Shown one piece after another: positions 1 to 9,427 of a stretch of 64,000 nt of DNA. Source of the DNA: an uncultured Bdellovibrio sp. (GTDB lineage Bacteria > Bdellovibrionota > Bdellovibrionia > Bdellovibrionales > Bdellovibrionaceae); the NCBI GenBank assembly GCA_963932905.1, contig CAWVRN010000025.1:1-64000 (forward strand), read 5' to 3'. The notes beneath the pieces are model-generated. The model was not told the DNA's origin. It ran no database searches and was given only the letters and a program-made list of their open reading frames with translations. The position numbers and the translations under genes were made by a program. The first letter of the stretch is position 1. Each line of letters starts with the position of its first letter.

Positions 1-2
1 AA

Positions 3-239
3 TATAAAGGTCGAGCAAGCGCCATTGTGGGTCAAGGTGAGTTGAAGAAGGTTGGTTTTGACCCGTTGTTTGCGATTAACCATACGTGCGCGACTTTAAG
101 AGCTAGGACTTGTAGATTGATCCGAAGAACTTGGTGTACTACGAAGAAGCCGGAAATGCTTAAATTACATTTGGCGATAGTGTGTCTTCATCATAATTTG
201 AATTTAAAGAAATTAAATCTCCCCTTAGCTGCAGCCTAA
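3..239 (+). CDS. C-terminal end of a putative IS1-like transposase, running off the left edge
   Basis: Frame is open from position 3 (YKGRASAIVGQGELKKVGFDPLFAINHTCATLRARTCRLIRRTWCTTKKPEML...). The LR..RLxRRTxCxxK segment resembles the IS1 InsB C-terminus. The stop codon lies inside a terminal inverted repeat. Confidence 0.6.
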   Translation, partial: YKGRASAIVGQGELKKVGFDPLFAINHTCATLRARTCRLIRRTWCTTKKPEMLKLHLAIVCLHHNLNLKKLNLPLAAA

Positions 240-250
240 GGGGCCAGTTC
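224..250 (+). repeat. Right terminal inverted repeat (27 bp) of the left-edge element
   Basis: cttagctgcagcctaaggggccagttc matches the MITE right TIRs (29680-29706, 59770-59796) at 25/27 positions. Confidence 0.9.
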
Positions 251-251
251 T

Positions 252-1334
252 TTAATTAAGCGTGTACGTCAATCCCAGCATCCAAGCCAATGCATAGCTT
301 CGTAAATGTGTTCCAAAAGATTGAACTAATTCATAACGATAATTCAACCTCCAGCGAGTATCCAGATAATAGAAATAGTGAGGATTTGCTTGCGGAACAA
401 CGATGAAATTTTCTTCAACTGGCCATTTCGTTGATTTTGATTGGGCTAAAAATCCCAAGCCTAAATCGATTCGATTGTTAGCGCGCCAAAACAATCGACC
501 TCCGCCACGAAATCCTGTCCAAACAACACGGCGTTCGTAGTAATCACCAGCGTCCTTGGTTCCGGCTTGTGCATTTCCTGTTGCTGCCCCCACGTTGACG
601 GCGAATCCCCAACGTTCACGGTAAACCGTGTAATCGTAGTTAAATGAAATACCAAAATAATGAGTATTGCCTTCAACTAAACCTTTCGTTGTGAGGTTGG
701 TAAGCTTCATTGTTTCATACCAGGTAGTGTAATCCACTGTGAAACCATGACGGTTTTTAAATTTTCCTGTAGGGTCACCGATTAAATCAATAGAGCTTTG
801 AGCGTCTGAGGTGGCAGCGGCTTTGTTTGTCGGTGGTGTTGCTATTGGTTGCGGTGCCGGCGCCACCGGGCGTGTCGTTGGAACTGCGACTGGTGGCTGC
901 GTTGGCGCTGAGCCTGGGGCTGGCGCTGGGGGTGGAGTGGTTGGTAGTGGTGCTGCGGTTGTGGGAACTGGCTTACGGGCCGCTGGGGCCGCCTGTTGCG
1001 GCAATGAGCTTTTTGCAGCGGGTGCCGCCTGCTGAGGTGCTACTTGTTTGACTGGAGCCGACGGCCGAGGTGCTGTTTGTTTTGGTTGCGCCACTGGGCG
1101 CTGTGCCGGCGCGACTCGTTGGGCGGGGGACGCAGGACGTGCCGGTGGCTTTTGTGCTGGCTTAACTGCTGGCTTTTGTACAGTTTTTTTTGCTGGTGGC
1201 GACTGTTGAGGTTGTTTCGGTTTGGTCGGCGGATTTAAATCGATATCAATATATTGTTGAGCCACGCTCGTTTGCGGCCATGCTAGGCTAAGGCTCATTA
1301 CAATAATTAAGAAAACAAATTTAAAATCCATCAC
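252..1334 (-). CDS. Exported protein with a long Pro/Ala/Gln-rich linker and a C-terminal outer-membrane beta-barrel
   Basis: Signal peptide, about 140 aa of low-complexity sequence, then alternating aromatic beta-strands ending LGLTYTLN. Confidence 0.65.
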   Translation of the reverse strand: MMDFKFVFLIIVMSLSLAWPQTSVAQQYIDIDLNPPTKPKQPQQSPPAKKTVQKPAVKPAQKPPARPASPAQRVAPAQRPVAQPKQTAPRPSAPVKQVAPQQAAPAAKSSLPQQAAPAARKPVPTTAAPLPTTPPPAPAPGSAPTQPPVAVPTTRPVAPAPQPIATPPTNKAAATSDAQSSIDLIGDPTGKFKNRHGFTVDYTTWYETMKLTNLTTKGLVEGNTHYFGISFNYDYTVYRERWGFAVNVGAATGNAQAGTKDAGDYYERRVVWTGFRGGGRLFWRANNRIDLGLGFLAQSKSTKWPVEENFIVVPQANPHYFYYLDTRWRLNYRYELVQSFGTHLRSYALAWMLGLTYTLN

Positions 1335-1340
1335 TCTATC

Positions 1341-2504
1341 CTATAATGATAAATGCAGTTGTGTTTGAATCGACCACGAATCGCCCACTACCGTTTCATC
1401 CGATAAATCGCGACCATTGACTACGGTAAAACGAAACTCTGTTTTTAAATAAGGGAATGCGAGTAAACCAAATGTCCATTTTAAATTATCTGGAGATTGT
1501 GTCGATAGTGTTTGATTGTAGTATTCAATTTGTGACAAGAAGAAGTAGCCACGTTTAATCAGCGCCATACTTTGTGCCATTCCATAGCCGCCTGTTTTTC
1601 CTGAACCGCTCTTTGGTTTATTCATGATAATACCGGCTTCCGTTAATAAACTGTTACCTTTGCCGTAACCAAATTTACTATGAGCCGCCATACGTGTCCA
1701 ATTCACATAGTCATTTTCAGACAACATGAAAGATCCACCCAGACGGAAATATTGATGTATGTCTCTTTCTGTCATGAACGAGAAACCTTTTTGGCGCTGA
1801 TCTGAGTTTTGCGCTAGGTTTCCCATAAATATATGAGGTGTAAATTCCCATGGTTCCTTGCGATAGATCGCCATCACGCCGTATGTTTGATCGTTTTGCG
1901 CAACACCCACTTTAGCGCGAGAGTATGCGGTGTGGTCCACGATGCGAATACCGTAGGCTTTGTCCATTAAACCGACAAACCAAGTCAGGTTGTCGTTTTT
2001 CATCCACCGGAAGTAGTGTTCGCGTGATAAAAATTCAGACGGTTTGTTAGGATCATTTTTTAAATTCTCTGGAACTGGGTAGTAACCATAGCTGCCAATA
2101 AGTGCATATTTCTGATCTTGATCAAATAATAAAGCCACGCTCGCATCGGCCTGCATGTTAATGAATTTCTTCATCGTGCCTTCGCTACCTGGGTTTGTTT
2201 GGAACCATAGTCCGCGGTATTTAAAACCTGGACGCAGCCACCAGGGTAGTTGTTTTTTACCTAAGAAACCACTCTTTTGCGAAAGCTCGTCGTCCGTAAT
2301 TTTTGCATCCATGTAACCTTTAGAGACGATTTCAGATGCGAAAACACCACGACCGTAATCAGTCAGGGGTCCATTACCGTGCCCGTTGAAGTGACAAAGC
2401 ATGCATGAACTATAACCGTAGCCAATAAAGTCCGGATACGCGGATGCATGTCTGCTGAAAGACATAGATAAAATGAAAAATAACAAGATTCCGTTCAGGC
2501 GCAT
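1341..2504 (-). CDS. Monoheme cytochrome c-porin fusion (Cyc2-like architecture)
   Basis: Likely start ATG 2504. Signal peptide ending ASA, then YPDFIGYGYSSCMLCHFNGHGNGPLTDYGR (CxxCH), then a beta-barrel ending IQTQLHLSL. Confidence 0.65.
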   Translation of the reverse strand: MRLNGILLFFILSMSFSRHASAYPDFIGYGYSSCMLCHFNGHGNGPLTDYGRGVFASEIVSKGYMDAKITDDELSQKSGFLGKKQLPWWLRPGFKYRGLWFQTNPGSEGTMKKFINMQADASVALLFDQDQKYALIGSYGYYPVPENLKNDPNKPSEFLSREHYFRWMKNDNLTWFVGLMDKAYGIRIVDHTAYSRAKVGVAQNDQTYGVMAIYRKEPWEFTPHIFMGNLAQNSDQRQKGFSFMTERDIHQYFRLGGSFMLSENDYVNWTRMAAHSKFGYGKGNSLLTEAGIIMNKPKSGSGKTGGYGMAQSMALIKRGYFFLSQIEYYNQTLSTQSPDNLKWTFGLLAFPYLKTEFRFTVVNGRDLSDETVVGDSWSIQTQLHLSL

Positions 2505-2665
2505 AGGCAAATGATTCTTTAAACCTAGACCAAAATCAAGAAATAGTTGCGGATTTCTCAAGATGAAGGTCGTGTATTTCGGTTTTGCCTATCTGGACCT
2601 CAAGAAAACTTCGGTTTTTCTCGATGAGGCAAATGAAAAGAAAGCTTAAAAGCAAAGAGGAGACT

Positions 2666-4327
2666 ATGTCTTTCAACTACGATAAGCACAAAAATCATCA
2701 GGATGACGGTCATTTTTGGACGTCCTACTCTGACTTATTCTTGGGTCTTTCTACGATTTTCCTTCTGTTGTACGTAACTTCTTCATTGAAGACGAACACA
2801 TCGGGAATGAAGCAAGAAATGGAAAAGCAAAAGCTAACCATGGAAGTGCAAGATCTTAAGAATCAGTTAAAAATGTATGATTCTATTAAAAAAGAATATC
2901 TTAAAAAAGAGGCATCTCAAACAGAGGCGGATCAATACGCTGAGTTAATGGATAAGCTGACTTTGCTTAAAGAAGAAGCAAAAGACGAGAAAGATCGTTT
3001 AAGACAAGCGGCCAAGGAAAACGAAAAGAAAGAAGAAGCGCTTAATCAATATCAACAAATGGTTCGTAATATCGTTAATGCCAACGTTCTATCGAAAACT
3101 AAGATCAAGAAGCGTGATGATATTATCGATGAGCAGGATGACACGATCGTGTCACAAGAGGAGCAGATTTCGTCTTTGAATCAAGAAGTCGACAACAAGA
3201 AAAAGTTGATTGCTGAAAACGAGATGAAGATCGCCAAAGCCCAAGAACAACTGGAAGATAAAATGTCTGAGTTGAAAGACGCTTTGAAAAACAAAGAGAT
3301 CTCTAAAAAAGCATATGAACAAAAACTGCATGCTTTACAAAATGAGAATCAAAGCAAGATTGATCAATTGAATGAGCAAATCGCAAGCAGCGAGAAAGAT
3401 CTTAAAAACTCGCAGGCGCGTTTAGGTCAGTTGTCTTCTGATTTAGCAAAAACTCAGGGCGAGTTGAATGTTAAAAATATGGAAGTCGGCGACCTGAATA
3501 AAAAACTGAGTTCGATCGAAGGTGAGTACAATCAAAAGATGAATGCAATGAAGGGGCAATTCGAAGCCGAGAAAGCGGCGGACAAGGCAAAGCTTGAAAA
3601 CGAACTTCGTGGTGCGAAACTCAGTGCAGCTGAAAAAGCAAAACGTTTGGGCGAATTCGAAGCCAGTGCGAAAGCTAAAGAAAAAGAATTGGGTGATAAA
3701 CTGGCGGGTATGGCGAAAGACTTAGGTCAAAAAGAAAAAGAACTTAAGGCAGCCATGGCAGAACGAGATTTGCGTAAAGACGTAGCGAACGAAATTAAAA
3801 AAGGTTTCGAAAAAGCGGGTGTAAAAGCAGACATCGATTTGCAAACGGGTGAAGTTATGCTTGATTTCGGGGACGCGTATTTCGAAACGGATTCAGCGAA
3901 ACTGAATGGCGATATGAAATCTATCCTAGAAAAAGCTATGCCAGTTTACGCAAAATCATTGTTTGGTAACGATAAAGTAAAAGATAAGATCTCGGCCGTG
4001 GAGATCGTGGGTTTTGCGTCACCAACATATGGTGGTAAATTCGTAGATCCAAAATCATCAGCTAAAAAAGATAAAGAAGCATTAAAATACAATATGGATT
4101 TAAGTTATAAACGTGCGAAATCGATCTTCAGTCATATTTTAGATGATAAGACGATGGAGTTCGAACATCAGAAGGATATGTATCCGGTAATGAAAGTATC
4201 GGGACGTTCCTTCTTGGAAGTTATGAAAGTTAAAGATGTCAAGCCAGGCCAGGATTTCTGTAAAGCTAATGACTGTAAGAAATCTCAGCGTGTCGTGATT
4301 CGTTTTAGTATGGATGGAAAAAAATAA
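2666..4327 (+). CDS. MotB/ZorB-like protein: TM helix with conserved Asp, long coiled coil, OmpA-like peptidoglycan-binding domain
   Basis: FWTSYSDLFLGLSTIFLLLYV; C-terminal FETDSAKL...EIVGFAS...NMDLSYKRA...QRVVIRF. RBS gaggag before ATG 2666. Confidence 0.8.
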   Translation: MSFNYDKHKNHQDDGHFWTSYSDLFLGLSTIFLLLYVTSSLKTNTSGMKQEMEKQKLTMEVQDLKNQLKMYDSIKKEYLKKEASQTEADQYAELMDKLTLLKEEAKDEKDRLRQAAKENEKKEEALNQYQQMVRNIVNANVLSKTKIKKRDDIIDEQDDTIVSQEEQISSLNQEVDNKKKLIAENEMKIAKAQEQLEDKMSELKDALKNKEISKKAYEQKLHALQNENQSKIDQLNEQIASSEKDLKNSQARLGQLSSDLAKTQGELNVKNMEVGDLNKKLSSIEGEYNQKMNAMKGQFEAEKAADKAKLENELRGAKLSAAEKAKRLGEFEASAKAKEKELGDKLAGMAKDLGQKEKELKAAMAERDLRKDVANEIKKGFEKAGVKADIDLQTGEVMLDFGDAYFETDSAKLNGDMKSILEKAMPVYAKSLFGNDKVKDKISAVEIVGFASPTYGGKFVDPKSSAKKDKEALKYNMDLSYKRAKSIFSHILDDKTMEFEHQKDMYPVMKVSGRSFLEVMKVKDVKPGQDFCKANDCKKSQRVVIRFSMDGKK

Positions 4328-4336
4328 TTAAAGGAG

Positions 4337-5272
4337 ATGGATATGGGATCAAAAACAATGGCTGAATATTTTATTCTCAGCTTACCTTATTTCATGGGAG
4401 CCATTTTCATGTTAGGTGCGTTCTTGCGCTTCATGATTTGGTACACAGTAAAAAGACATGAATGGTTTGCTCGTGAATTTGAAAAACGAGTGGCTCAATA
4501 CATGGAATCGCAAGTTCCAGGGCAGTCAACTAAGCAATCATTTTATGTGTTGTCTAAGAAAATTTTAGAAAGAACATATTATGAAGCCTTTGAGGTTCGT
4601 GATCGTATGATGCGTCGTCAACGCGATAAAGTTATGCGTTGGTCAGATCGTATTTGGTTAGTTAAGCAAGGTTGTGCTTGGCTAGTAAAAGACATTTTAA
4701 AACAATTGAAGTTTTTGAAATGGACAAACGATACGCCAAAACTATTGCACATCACTCGTGCTACGTTCCATCATAACCCATGTTTCAACCGTGTGTTTGG
4801 AGTTTTTCCAATATCTGGGTTAAATGACATCGTTTCGATTCTTCCTGGTTTGTTCGTGGTTGCGGGTATCTTGGGTACATTCATTGGTATCGCTAAAGGT
4901 CTTCCAGAGTTAGGTAACATGAACCTGGCAGATGCAGATGCGACTAAGAACGTCATGGATCGCTTCTTGTTTGAAATCTCGTTTGCGATGAAATCGTCTA
5001 TCTTTGGTATCGCTTTTTCTTTAGCGTTAAATATGATTAACACGATGTTTTCTCCGGATCGCGTGTTTGTATCAATGGTTGATCGTTTCGAAAGTTCATT
5101 AGATTTAATTTGGTACCGCGCTGATAACAATGACTATCCATCAAATGAAAAACCATTTGATGAACACAAAGACCCACAAGAGGCATTGGCGGAAGAGTCT
5201 ATTAATTTAGAGATCGCTAAAGCCGCTCGTAGTCGTGAGTTAGACGAACTTAAGAAAACAAAAGCTTCTTAA
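4337..5272 (+). CDS. MotA/ZorA/ExbB-like proton channel subunit
   Basis: N-terminal TM plus LPGLFVVAGILGTFIGIAKGL and ISFAMKSSIFGIAFSLAL, typical of the MotA/TolQ/ExbB/ZorA TM pair. True start may be 4343 or 4358. Confidence 0.75.
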   Translation: MDMGSKTMAEYFILSLPYFMGAIFMLGAFLRFMIWYTVKRHEWFAREFEKRVAQYMESQVPGQSTKQSFYVLSKKILERTYYEAFEVRDRMMRRQRDKVMRWSDRIWLVKQGCAWLVKDILKQLKFLKWTNDTPKLLHITRATFHHNPCFNRVFGVFPISGLNDIVSILPGLFVVAGILGTFIGIAKGLPELGNMNLADADATKNVMDRFLFEISFAMKSSIFGIAFSLALNMINTMFSPDRVFVSMVDRFESSLDLIWYRADNNDYPSNEKPFDEHKDPQEALAEESINLEIAKAARSRELDELKKTKAS

Positions 5273-5283
5273 CGTGTAGTTTC

Positions 5284-5308
5284 GCCTACGGCGAAGACGT
5301 AGGCTTTT
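5284..5308 (+). terminator. Possible intrinsic terminator
   Basis: gcctacg-gcgaaga-cgtaggc-tttt. Confidence 0.45.
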
Positions 5309-5363
5309 GTAGTGACCCCTGTTGCGATGGGGGTCTAATAGAAAAGCTTTATAAGGGAATAAA

Positions 5364-8300
5364 ATGGCCAAGAGTATACAGGTATTTATAGTGACGATAC
5401 AGCAGGGCGAAGACGTCGACTACAAAATAGTTGACGATAGCTCGTTTACGGTTGGTCGCTCTTTGGACGCAACAATTGCATTTGGTGACCCGGATATCAG
5501 TCGTATCCACCTGATCGTGACCTTAAAGCATGATCGTATTTGGATTGAAGACCAAGGGTCTGCCAATGGTACATTTGTAAACGATCAAAAAATTCCAGCT
5601 CAAAAAACGGTCAGTGTTGAACCTGGCGATAAAGTCAAAGTCGGTAAATCAGAAATTTACCTATCGTTCAATCTATTAGAAAAATGCTTCAGAAAAGAAG
5701 AAATCGTTAGAAGCCAATTACCTAAAGACGAAAAAGACGGTTTACTGCGTTTGATTCAAGGGGCTCACGCCGAAGCACAAAAAATCGTAAAACTAGCTCA
5801 AGATAGTCATGACAAATTAGTTAAAATCGCTGAAAACAAAGCAGCGGGTATTGAAAATGCTACGTTGTTGAAGCAAGATGAAATTTTACAAAACGCATCT
5901 ATGCAGTCGCAGCAAATTCTTCAAGATGCCAAACGCAAAGGCGTGGGCGTTATCAATGAAGCGCAAGAAGACGCCCAGAAAAAAGTTCAAGAAATATATG
6001 AAAAAGCCAACAGCTATAAAAAAGAGGCTGATGACTATTATAAAAATAAAATCGAAGAAGCTCAAGGTGATGCAGAACGCGTTCTGAAAGAGAATGAAAA
6101 TCTATCTAATAAAATTGTTGAAGAAGCCCGCGAGAAAGTCACTGTTATGCGTGAATTTGCACAACGCGAGTTAGATCAATTTAAAAATAAATCACTATTA
6201 GAGATCGAAGAACTAAAGAAAACAATATTAAACGATGCCGAGAAAGAAAAAGAGCTTTTGTTGCAACGTACAGAGCGTGAAGCGCAAAAGAAAGTACAGT
6301 CTTTAATAAAAGAAACTGAAGAAAATAATAAGCTTGAACACGATAAAATGATCTTGAATGCTAAAAACGAGATCGATCAAATTAAAAAAGATTCGTCTAG
6401 TGATATTGAGCGTTTAAAAGACCAAATCTCGACATTGCAGATTGATATAAGAAAATTCACTGTTGAAGTGAAGGATTTGGAAGAAGAAAAGAAGCTTCTA
6501 ATGCTTCGTTATGAAAAAGAAGAGATCGAACGTCGTAAATCTTTTGAAGATGAGTTGAAAGCTAAAGATGATGCTTTGGAAAAACAGCTGGCTGAAAAAC
6601 GCACTGATTTTGAAGATAGACTTAAAAAACGTCAGGAATTGGCAGAGAAAGATATTTCTGCGCGCTATATGGATTTAGAGCTTGAAGAAGAACGCAAAAA
6701 TAAAGAATTGGCTGAATTTCATAGTGGTCTGAAGAAAAAAGAAGATGAATTCTGGGCCAAGCTTAAAATCGATCGTGAATTCAAACTTAAAGAGCTTGAA
6801 GAGCGCGAAAAGAATTTGACTGATTATGAATCTAAAATCAAAAAAGATACGAATGACTGGGTTGTGGAAACTCGAGCCAAACACGAGGCTGAATGGAATG
6901 AACGGGAAGCCGTCGTTAAGAAGCTGGAAAAAGATAAGCAAGAGGAGTTGGCTATATTTGAAAAGTCCACCAAAGAACGTACTTTGGCTTGGGAGTCTGA
7001 ATTAAGATCCAAGACGACGGCTTGGGATGCTGATTTGCGCGCTAAAACAGCAGAGTGGGATGCAGACCTGCGATCTAAAACAAATTCGTGGGAAGTTGAA
7101 ACGCGCACGAAAAATGAAAAAGATTGGAATGCACGTGAGCTTGAACTTAGAAATCTAGAGTCACAAAAACGTGTCGAGCTGCAAAAGTGGATTGAATCTG
7201 AACAGGCAAAACGGGAAGGTGATTGGAAAGATCGCGAAGTTAAGCTAGCTAATGCGGAATCCGTTAAAGAAAAAGAGTTGGATGCATGGGCTAAGGAAAA
7301 ACAGCAGGAGTTTTTCACTAAAAATAAAAATTTAGTGGAAGAAAACGGATTGCTAGAGACTCGAATTGCTGAATTAAAAACTGTTTATGGTAAGTTGCAA
7401 AGCGACCATGAAGTATTGAAGGCTGAGAATGAAAAGACGAAAACAGATACACAAATGTTTTCGTCTCAGATGATTGACTTGAAGAAAGAAGTCAGTTTGT
7501 TGATTCAGAATCGGGATCAGCTGGTTTCTGATTCAAAATCGTATGAAAAACGACTTGGCGAGATGAAGTTTGAAATAGATAATCATGCGAACAAGCTTGA
7601 CGGGTTGAAAAAAGAATTTGAAGGTCAAAAAGCGCAACATCGTACGCAAGTAGAGATGGAAAAAACGCAAATGACAAAAGATATGTACGAGCAAGTGAAT
7701 CAGTTAAAGTTGCTTGAACTTGAAAAGATGAAAGGTTTAAAAGAGGACCTGTTGTCAGAGTTGCATAAGACAAAAGAGCGTCTATCGAAAGAGATTCACC
7801 AGCAAGTTGAAAAAGCACTTGTGGGCAGTATCCCGGTGGAAAAACTGAATGCGTTATCTAATGTCGTATTGGCGAAAATCCAGTCAACGTTAGAGGAGCA
7901 AACGGCTCATATTGCTCTCAGTGCGAATGATGATGGTAATCAATTAACGGCAGATACGAAAACAGTACTTAAGAAACAAAAACGAGAACGTTTCCAACAA
8001 ATGGTCATGGGTTTTGTTATCGGTGCGATCAGTATCGGTATTTTGCAAGCGACGTATTTAAAGGTGTCTAACAATTTAAATCCAGTTAAAGATTTAATTG
8101 CAGAGCAAGCGGCGGAAGCGAAAAAGGATATGGAAGCTAAAAAGTTCAATCCTAAGCGCGAGCCTGAGGTTAAAGACTCGTATGTAGATTTAGTTCTGTA
8201 CACCGATCAATTCTATGAAATGTACTTAAGTCCGGACTTTAATGAAAAATTCGGTAAAGCCACAATGGAGTATTTACTGCGTACTTGGAGAATCGAAGAA

Positions 8301-8588
8301 GAAAAATCGATTCAAGTTGTAGCGATGTCAAAAACATTGGTTAAAACGCTTCACGAGAAAAAAGACTCTATCAGAACTGATTTCTTAGAACAAGGAATGC
8401 AAAAGCTGAAAGAAACTGAATCTGAAACAGAAGCGAAGATCGTAGAAATTCTTGGTTCTCAGGTGAAGTATGAAAGTTATAGAAAATTTGAGCGCAAGTA
8501 CTTCCGTGATGAGTTAGAGAAATTCTATTTGTCTAGAAATGCGGCTTCCGCTGAGGGTCACACTGAGCAGAGCTCGGAAGTGAAGTAA
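5364..8588 (+). CDS. FHA-domain, long coiled-coil membrane protein
   Basis: FHA motifs VGRS..ISRIH..DQGSANGTFVN, about 750 aa of coiled coil, one TM segment (MVMGFVIGAISIGIL), then a C-terminal domain. Confidence 0.85.
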   Translation: MAKSIQVFIVTIQQGEDVDYKIVDDSSFTVGRSLDATIAFGDPDISRIHLIVTLKHDRIWIEDQGSANGTFVNDQKIPAQKTVSVEPGDKVKVGKSEIYLSFNLLEKCFRKEEIVRSQLPKDEKDGLLRLIQGAHAEAQKIVKLAQDSHDKLVKIAENKAAGIENATLLKQDEILQNASMQSQQILQDAKRKGVGVINEAQEDAQKKVQEIYEKANSYKKEADDYYKNKIEEAQGDAERVLKENENLSNKIVEEAREKVTVMREFAQRELDQFKNKSLLEIEELKKTILNDAEKEKELLLQRTEREAQKKVQSLIKETEENNKLEHDKMILNAKNEIDQIKKDSSSDIERLKDQISTLQIDIRKFTVEVKDLEEEKKLLMLRYEKEEIERRKSFEDELKAKDDALEKQLAEKRTDFEDRLKKRQELAEKDISARYMDLELEEERKNKELAEFHSGLKKKEDEFWAKLKIDREFKLKELEEREKNLTDYESKIKKDTNDWVVETRAKHEAEWNEREAVVKKLEKDKQEELAIFEKSTKERTLAWESELRSKTTAWDADLRAKTAEWDADLRSKTNSWEVETRTKNEKDWNARELELRNLESQKRVELQKWIESEQAKREGDWKDREVKLANAESVKEKELDAWAKEKQQEFFTKNKNLVEENGLLETRIAELKTVYGKLQSDHEVLKAENEKTKTDTQMFSSQMIDLKKEVSLLIQNRDQLVSDSKSYEKRLGEMKFEIDNHANKLDGLKKEFEGQKAQHRTQVEMEKTQMTKDMYEQVNQLKLLELEKMKGLKEDLLSELHKTKERLSKEIHQQVEKALVGSIPVEKLNALSNVVLAKIQSTLEEQTAHIALSANDDGNQLTADTKTVLKKQKRERFQQMVMGFVIGAISIGILQATYLKVSNNLNPVKDLIAEQAAEAKKDMEAKKFNPKREPEVKDSYVDLVLYTDQFYEMYLSPDFNEKFGKATMEYLLRTWRIEEEKSIQVVAMSKTLVKTLHEKKDSIRTDFLEQGMQKLKETESETEAKIVEILGSQVKYESYRKFERKYFRDELEKFYLSRNAASAEGHTEQSSEVK

Positions 8589-8650
8589 GGCGCTAGGTAA
8601 GCAGATGCTATAAAACTGTCAGACCGATCAGTTTACAAAAAATTCGATAC

Positions 8651-8682
8651 AAAGCGACTCAATCACGAGTCGCTTTTTTTTT
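8651..8682 (+). terminator. Intrinsic terminator
   Basis: aaagcgactc-aatcac-gagtcgcttt followed by a T run. Confidence 0.85.
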
Positions 8683-8726
8683 GAGTACCGTTTGTGGGGC
8701 TTTTAAATCAGAGCATCATAATAAAA

Positions 8727-8765
8727 GTAAACACTGTTGACATATATATTCAAGCTCGCTAGACT
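8727..8765 (+). promoter_or_regulatory. Sigma70 promoter with an overlapping palindromic operator
   Basis: TTGACA (8737)-N17-TAGACT (8760). Near-palindrome gtaaaca-c-tgttgac (8727-8741) overlaps the -35 box. Confidence 0.65.
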
Positions 8766-8785
8766 CCTTTAAATTAAGGGAGGTT

Positions 8786-9379
8786 GTGGTGAAGTTTTTT
8801 CTTTTTGTGTTCTTGGTTGCGTTTGGTGCGTTGGTTGCGTGGTCTAATCCTAACGATGTTGGAACAATGGCGGGGAATTCGAAATCCGATTTAAAGATGG
8901 AAAGTTTTGAAGTGAATTTGTTGTGGCCCTTTTATCCCGGCGGTATTAGTGAGTTTCGGTACCTGATACCTATCGGTAAATCTTCGTCCTTCCAAGATGG
9001 CAGGGTGGGCAAATTAGTTTTAGGACTATATTCAGATTATGCGTCTAAAGTTGTCAGAACTGACGAATATGGAAAGGTTTCTTTACTGGCTTTTAAATTT
9101 GGTTATCGATATTATTTTATGTCGGGATGGCAAGTTGAAATCAGTAATAATTTAGGATGGCGACAAGAGCGAAATCGGCCGGGAGTCGACAAAGAGAATA
9201 TTGAAGGGATTTCTTCCCGATTGTGGACCATGTTCGGCTATGAGCATTCCCTGTCTCCACTATTTTATTTAAATTACCGCTTGGGCGTTGGTGTTCATCT
9301 TTATCGAAGCGATGAATATTCGCACCTCGAGAAAAAGAATGTGGCTGGAGGTGATGTAAATTTAGGTATCCGCTTTTAA
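8786..9379 (+). CDS. Small outer-membrane beta-barrel protein
   Basis: Signal peptide, amphipathic strands, C-terminal VNLGIRF. Confidence 0.7.
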   Translation: MVKFFLFVFLVAFGALVAWSNPNDVGTMAGNSKSDLKMESFEVNLLWPFYPGGISEFRYLIPIGKSSSFQDGRVGKLVLGLYSDYASKVVRTDEYGKVSLLAFKFGYRYYFMSGWQVEISNNLGWRQERNRPGVDKENIEGISSRLWTMFGYEHSLSPLFYLNYRLGVGVHLYRSDEYSHLEKKNVAGGDVNLGIRF

Positions 9380-9427
9380 CTTCAATTTGCCATTGAAAGC
9401 AGCGTCAATCAGCGCTATTTTGTTTTT

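Noticed and set aside
811..1238. Gly/Ala-rich + strand ORFs
   Set aside because: Antisense shadows of the Pro/Ala-rich gene. The same applies to the other short nested ORFs such as 58410..58964, 6824..7318 and 16587..17027.
2666..5272. Canonical Zorya system or flagellar motAB
   Set aside because: No zorC/D/E or flagellar genes nearby, reversed gene order and different coiled-coil placement.
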